Virus record (IMG/VR): IMGVR_UViG_3300032320_001415
Location: 1-40,722 of that record
Length of the DNA: 40,722 nucleotides
Source: a virus
Taxonomy: Duplodnaviria > Caudoviricetes
Direction: 5' to 3' (one strand)
Within the stretch, counting starts at the first letter, position 1, and every line of letters begins with the position of its first letter. The notes below the pieces were generated by a model. It was not told the DNA's origin and did not search any database. It saw nothing but the letters and a program-made list of their open reading frames with translations. The translations under genes and the position numbers were made by a program. Positions 37,340 through 40,722 of the stretch are shown here, one piece after another.

Positions 37340-37831
37340 ATGGATTGGGACATGAACATCGACGAGGACTTCCCGCAGGACGTCCACAAGCAGATGCCCG
37401 AGGAGCGTGAGATCGTGCCGGTCGGCACGCATCTGGCGACGATCAAGCGTGCCGAGGAAGGGCCGAATCAGTGGAAGACGAGCGACACGAATCCCGACGG
37501 CATCTGCCTCAAGGTGCGGCTGGCCATCGGCAACCACAAGTTCATCTTCCACGACCTGCCCAAGCACGTGCCGTGGCTGGCGAAGCAGCTCGCAGACGCT
37601 CTCGGCATCCAGCCGCAGGGCAACACGCTGCGTCTCGTGCCGGCTGACGTCGAGGGCCGCGAGGTCCGCGTCGAGGTTGAGCACTACACGAGCAAGGCGG
37701 GCCGCGTGTCGGCGGTCGTGAAGCGGTACTTGCCGGCTGCCTCCGCATCGTCGGTGCCGCCGAAGACGAAGCCACAGCCTCGCGTTCGCGAGGAGCTGAA
37801 GGTGGCTGGCTCCGATGACATCCCCTTTTGA
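37340..37831 (+). CDS. Phage single-stranded DNA-binding protein-like
   Basis: Follows the Sak4-like gene; acidic C-terminal tail DDIPF. Confidence 0.7.
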   Translation: MDWDMNIDEDFPQDVHKQMPEEREIVPVGTHLATIKRAEEGPNQWKTSDTNPDGICLKVRLAIGNHKFIFHDLPKHVPWLAKQLADALGIQPQGNTLRLVPADVEGREVRVEVEHYTSKAGRVSAVVKRYLPAASASSVPPKTKPQPRVREELKVAGSDDIPF

Positions 37832-37854
37832 AAGGCGAGATAGGTAGGTGCCAG

Positions 37855-38082
37855 ATGCGTGAAGAACCAGTGAACATCGATGCGAACGTGATCGCCGAGT
37901 ACCTCGAGCGGCAGGCCAGGCCCAACATGGCGGCGTTCATCCGTGCGCTGGACTCACGGTCGCGTGATGCGTACCGCCGAGAAGAGTCGCTGAAGGAAAA
38001 GATCGCCGCCCTGGCGAAGCGGCTGCACGAGTACGAGCCGCCACCGAATCGGCAGCCTGACGTTGCCTGGACAGGAGACTGA
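37855..38082 (+). CDS. Small hypothetical protein
   Basis: RBS-like AGGTG; helical sequence. Confidence 0.55.
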   Translation: MREEPVNIDANVIAEYLERQARPNMAAFIRALDSRSRDAYRREESLKEKIAALAKRLHEYEPPPNRQPDVAWTGD

Positions 38083-38236
38083 CATTCGCCGAGGCACGCC
38101 ATTGCCCGAGCGGCTGCATCACGGGCCGCATTGGTCGCCAAGGGAATGGTGGCGAGTAACCGCCCAGCCGCAACCCGACTCCACGGGTGATGCGACCGCG
38201 CCGGGCGTAACCCGGCAAATACACACGGAGGTGAAT

Positions 38237-38551
38237 GTGGCACTCACGACAACGCAGGACGCGATGGATTCGCTGCCGCTCTTTGCTGCGGCAAGGCGAA
38301 CAGATCCGCAGACGTCGCACCAGGCGGCACGCTCGGCGCGATCGTTCGCGGGCGAGCATCACCAGGCGATCCTCGAGGCGCTGGCGCACGGACCTGCGGG
38401 AGCCAGCGGCATCGCGGCGCGGTGCGGGCTGCTGGCGCATCAGGTCAACAAGCGGATCGGCGAGCTTGCACGGGCTGGCAGGATCGTTGAGACGGGCAGG
38501 ACGGTGCGTAGTGCCAGTGGACGGGGCGAGAGGGAGTGGAGGTGTGCGTGA
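38237..38551 (+). CDS. Winged-helix DNA-binding protein
   Basis: ARRTDPQTSHQAA; ILEAL...IA...KRIGEL...G.I..TG...SGR..W. Confidence 0.7.
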   Translation: MALTTTQDAMDSLPLFAAARRTDPQTSHQAARSARSFAGEHHQAILEALAHGPAGASGIAARCGLLAHQVNKRIGELARAGRIVETGRTVRSASGRGEREWRCA

Positions 38552-38955
38552 GACCGCATGAAATCGAGTACTCGCGATACATCGCGAGCCACCGCTGGGC
38601 TTGCAAGCGCGACGCCCGAAAGGAAATCGACGGCCATAGGTGCCAGACGTGTATGCACGACGGCACGCTGTGGAGGCTTGAGGTTCACCACAAGACATAT
38701 GAACGATTCACGGACGAGGACGTTGATCGCGACTTGATCACCCTCTGCGTCCAGTGTCACGAAGCCGTGACGTGTGTAATCCGGTCCCGTCGGTATGACG
38801 GACAGCCGGTGCAAGTGTGTTTTGTTTCGGATGGTTCCATTTCACGAAAGGATGTGTCATATGGCATGGACGACATTGACCTACAAGATCACAGGCGACG
38901 CCCCGCTGATCATGCACAACGGGGATCTCGCAAACCCGTTGAGCAAGGCCGCTAA
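38548..38955 (+). CDS. HNH endonuclease
   Basis: Y..YI.S..W; RCQTC; LEVHHKTY; DLITLCVQCH. Confidence 0.85.
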   Translation: MRPHEIEYSRYIASHRWACKRDARKEIDGHRCQTCMHDGTLWRLEVHHKTYERFTDEDVDRDLITLCVQCHEAVTCVIRSRRYDGQPVQVCFVSDGSISRKDVSYGMDDIDLQDHRRRPADHAQRGSRKPVEQGR

Positions 38956-39487
38956 GGCGCTGAAGCAGGTGACTTCCAAGAAGAAAAAGACGGATGCCGA
39001 TTTCGAGCGAATGGCTGAGATTGAGTTCAAGGCCGGACTTTACATCGACGAAGATCGCGGCCCTGTGATCCCTGGCGAGAACATTGAGGCCACGCTCTAC
39101 AACGCTGCCAAGATCACGAAGGAAGGCAAGATCGCCAAGTCGGCCTGTTTCGTTCCGAATGCGGCGGTGCTCCAGTACGACGGCCCGCGCGACGCAGACG
39201 GGCTGTGGAACGAAGAGCGGTTCCGCAACTGCGTCGGCGTGAAGGTTGGCATGAGCCGCGTGATGCGGACTCGTCCGATCTTTCAGGATTGGTCTGCGAT
39301 CTTGGAGGTCGAGTTTGAGGACTCGGTCGTGAACGAAGAGCAGGTCGATCGCTGGGTGCATGCGGCCGGCACGCAGGTCGGTCTCTGCGATTGGCGGCCC
39401 AGGTGCGGACGGTTCACCGCCGAGAAGGTGGCCAACACGACGCCGAAGAAGCGGAAGGCGGCACCGGAGGCTATCGGCGCGGAGTGA
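38861..39487 (+). CDS. Stand-alone Cas7/RAMP-like RNA-binding protein
   Basis: RAMP-like layout: ITGDAPLIMH (beta1), PVIPGENI, RTRPIF..W, Gly-rich loop AG..VGLCDWRP..GRF; RBS AAAGGA. Confidence 0.75.
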   Translation: MAWTTLTYKITGDAPLIMHNGDLANPLSKAAKALKQVTSKKKKTDADFERMAEIEFKAGLYIDEDRGPVIPGENIEATLYNAAKITKEGKIAKSACFVPNAAVLQYDGPRDADGLWNEERFRNCVGVKVGMSRVMRTRPIFQDWSAILEVEFEDSVVNEEQVDRWVHAAGTQVGLCDWRPRCGRFTAEKVANTTPKKRKAAPEAIGAE

Positions 39488-40430
39488 TCATAACGAACTG
39501 AGGCGTGGTCGCGTCTGGTCAGTTGAGTTCTGTTCGGGTCGGGCACGGCGGGTTGGTGCTGGGCCGTGCATGTCAACCAACCACTCTCGTGATAGGCACG
39601 GAAGCATCTTCGACGGTGCGGAGTGGGGTCGGTTTAGGTCCGGTCTGGCGAGTTGTGTCAGGGTCTGTCCAGTTGAGTCTGTGCCGGTCAAGGCAACCTC
39701 TCTCATGGTCGGCATGATGCGTCTTCGATGGCGCGGAGAGGGATGCACTTAGTTAATGCTGGTTCATGTCGGTCAAGGGATGTTCGGTCCTGTTCCGGTG
39801 GGTTCTTTTTTGGCAAGTTGGCAATGTCAGGCAAATCATGGGAACCACCTGCACGGTCGGCGTGGTCGCGGCTTCGATGCTGCGAGGTGGGATGTGCTGC
39901 GGTTCGTTCAGGAACGGCACGGCAGTGCAAGGTGTGATTTTTTCCGCTACGGCGAGTCGTGGAACCACCATCGTGTTGGCACGGAGGCCGATCGACGCGG
40001 CCGTGGTGGGATGAACTAAGGCTCGTTTGGCTGAGGCTGTGCAATGCTCGGCAGTGTTAGTTGCGGCAGTAAAGGTCTGGTTATGGATGGTCTTAACTTG
40101 GCAAACAAACCACACCCGTGCAGGCACGGTTCCCGATCGACGCGGGAGGTGTGGGATGGATCGTGTTTCGGCAGCACATGTTTCGTCAGGCCGAGCCGTG
40201 TCATGTTCCGGCAGGACTTGGAACCAAGCTCGTGCAGGCACGGGGCCGGATCAACGCCGGCGGCTTGGGATCGCGGCTAGCTGGTGTTTGTTACGGCACT
40301 GCAAGGCGGTGCGTGGCATGGCTTGGTCGGGTTTGAACCGCCATCACGGTCGGCGTGGTGAGGCTTCGACGCCTCGTGGCGGGATGCGCACATGGATGGA
40401 GCGGCTGGTTGCCGTGCCATGCGAGGATTT
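39488..40430 (+). ncRNA. Non-coding guide-like array: seven structured tRNA-like repeats alternating with 5-nt-periodic GGY+NN tracts
   Basis: Repeats start at 39579, 39695, 39843, 39963, 40108, 40222 and 40336 with co-varying stems; pentamer period in between; no credible ORF. Confidence 0.8.
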
Positions 40431-40433
40431 CAA

Positions 40434-40722
40434 ATGAGTTCTTGGTTGAAAATGCGACATGACCTTGCAGACGATCCAGCGGTAATCCGACTGGCATCGC
40501 TTTGCGGGCTTGAGGAGGATGCCGTCATCGGCAAGCTCTTCCGGCTCTGGTCGTGGGCTGATCGTCACACGCGAGACGGGAATGTCGAAGGTGTCGATCT
40601 GGCCTGGGTTGATCGTTTGGCTCGGCGTGATGGGTACGGTGCCGCCCTTGTCAGGGTGGGCTGGCTTGTCGAAACAGGCGAGGGGCTGAGTTTCCCGCGT
40701 TTCGACAGGCATTGCAGCGACA
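40434..40722 (+). CDS. Phage replication initiator/organizer N-terminus (runs off window; not in ORF track)
   Basis: RBS GAGGA; MSSWLKMRHDLADDPAVIRLA...VIGKLFRLWSWAD...VGWL...FPRFDRH. Confidence 0.75.
   Translation, partial: MSSWLKMRHDLADDPAVIRLASLCGLEEDAVIGKLFRLWSWADRHTRDGNVEGVDLAWVDRLARRDGYGAALVRVGWLVETGEGLSFPRFDRHCSD

Noticed and set aside
39579-40386. Genuine tRNA genes
   Set aside because: Units are ~50 nt, lack an anticodon arm and have no encoded CCA; they are only tRNA-like
39488-40430. Canonical CRISPR array
   Set aside because: Repeats are not identical in sequence, the spacers are internally periodic, and no cas1/cas2/cas6 is present; reported as a distinct array type instead
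39283-40497. Many short ORFs on both strands across the array
   Set aside because: Low-complexity translations without RBS; period-5 structure and RNA covariation argue for non-coding function

Overview
This window is most of a GC-rich temperate siphophage (or prophage) genome with HK97-type head genes. Almost all genes lie on the + strand. The order is: (1) HNH plus a membrane-protein cluster containing a papain-like peptidase, with no classical endolysin visible; (2) a first fibre/appendage module; (3) HNH, a probable cos region, TerS, TerL, an extended portal, prohead protease and major capsid; (4) head-tail connectors, tail genes with a -1 frameshift chaperone and the tape measure; (5) a second fibre module; (6) metallophosphoesterase, HNH and DUF1599-like genes; (7) a tyrosine integrase with a divergent HTH gene and early promoters; (8) a Sak4-like ATPase, an SSB-like gene, HNH and a truncated replication initiator. 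The most striking element is at 38861-40430. A stand-alone Cas7/RAMP-like gene is followed by about 950 nt of non-coding array. The array has seven ~50-nt repeats conserved in structure rather than sequence, each folding like a tRNA without an anticodon arm. They alternate with tracts that have a 5-nt period (GGY-like triplet plus variable dinucleotide). Read as codon positions 1-2, the dinucleotides of the first tract give V-R-L-H/Q-D/E-L-R-R-T, a tyrosine-integrase active-site motif that is not this phage's own. This suggests a phage-encoded RNA-guided system with a gapped, wobble-skipping code. All family calls come from motif recognition by eye; no database searches were run.
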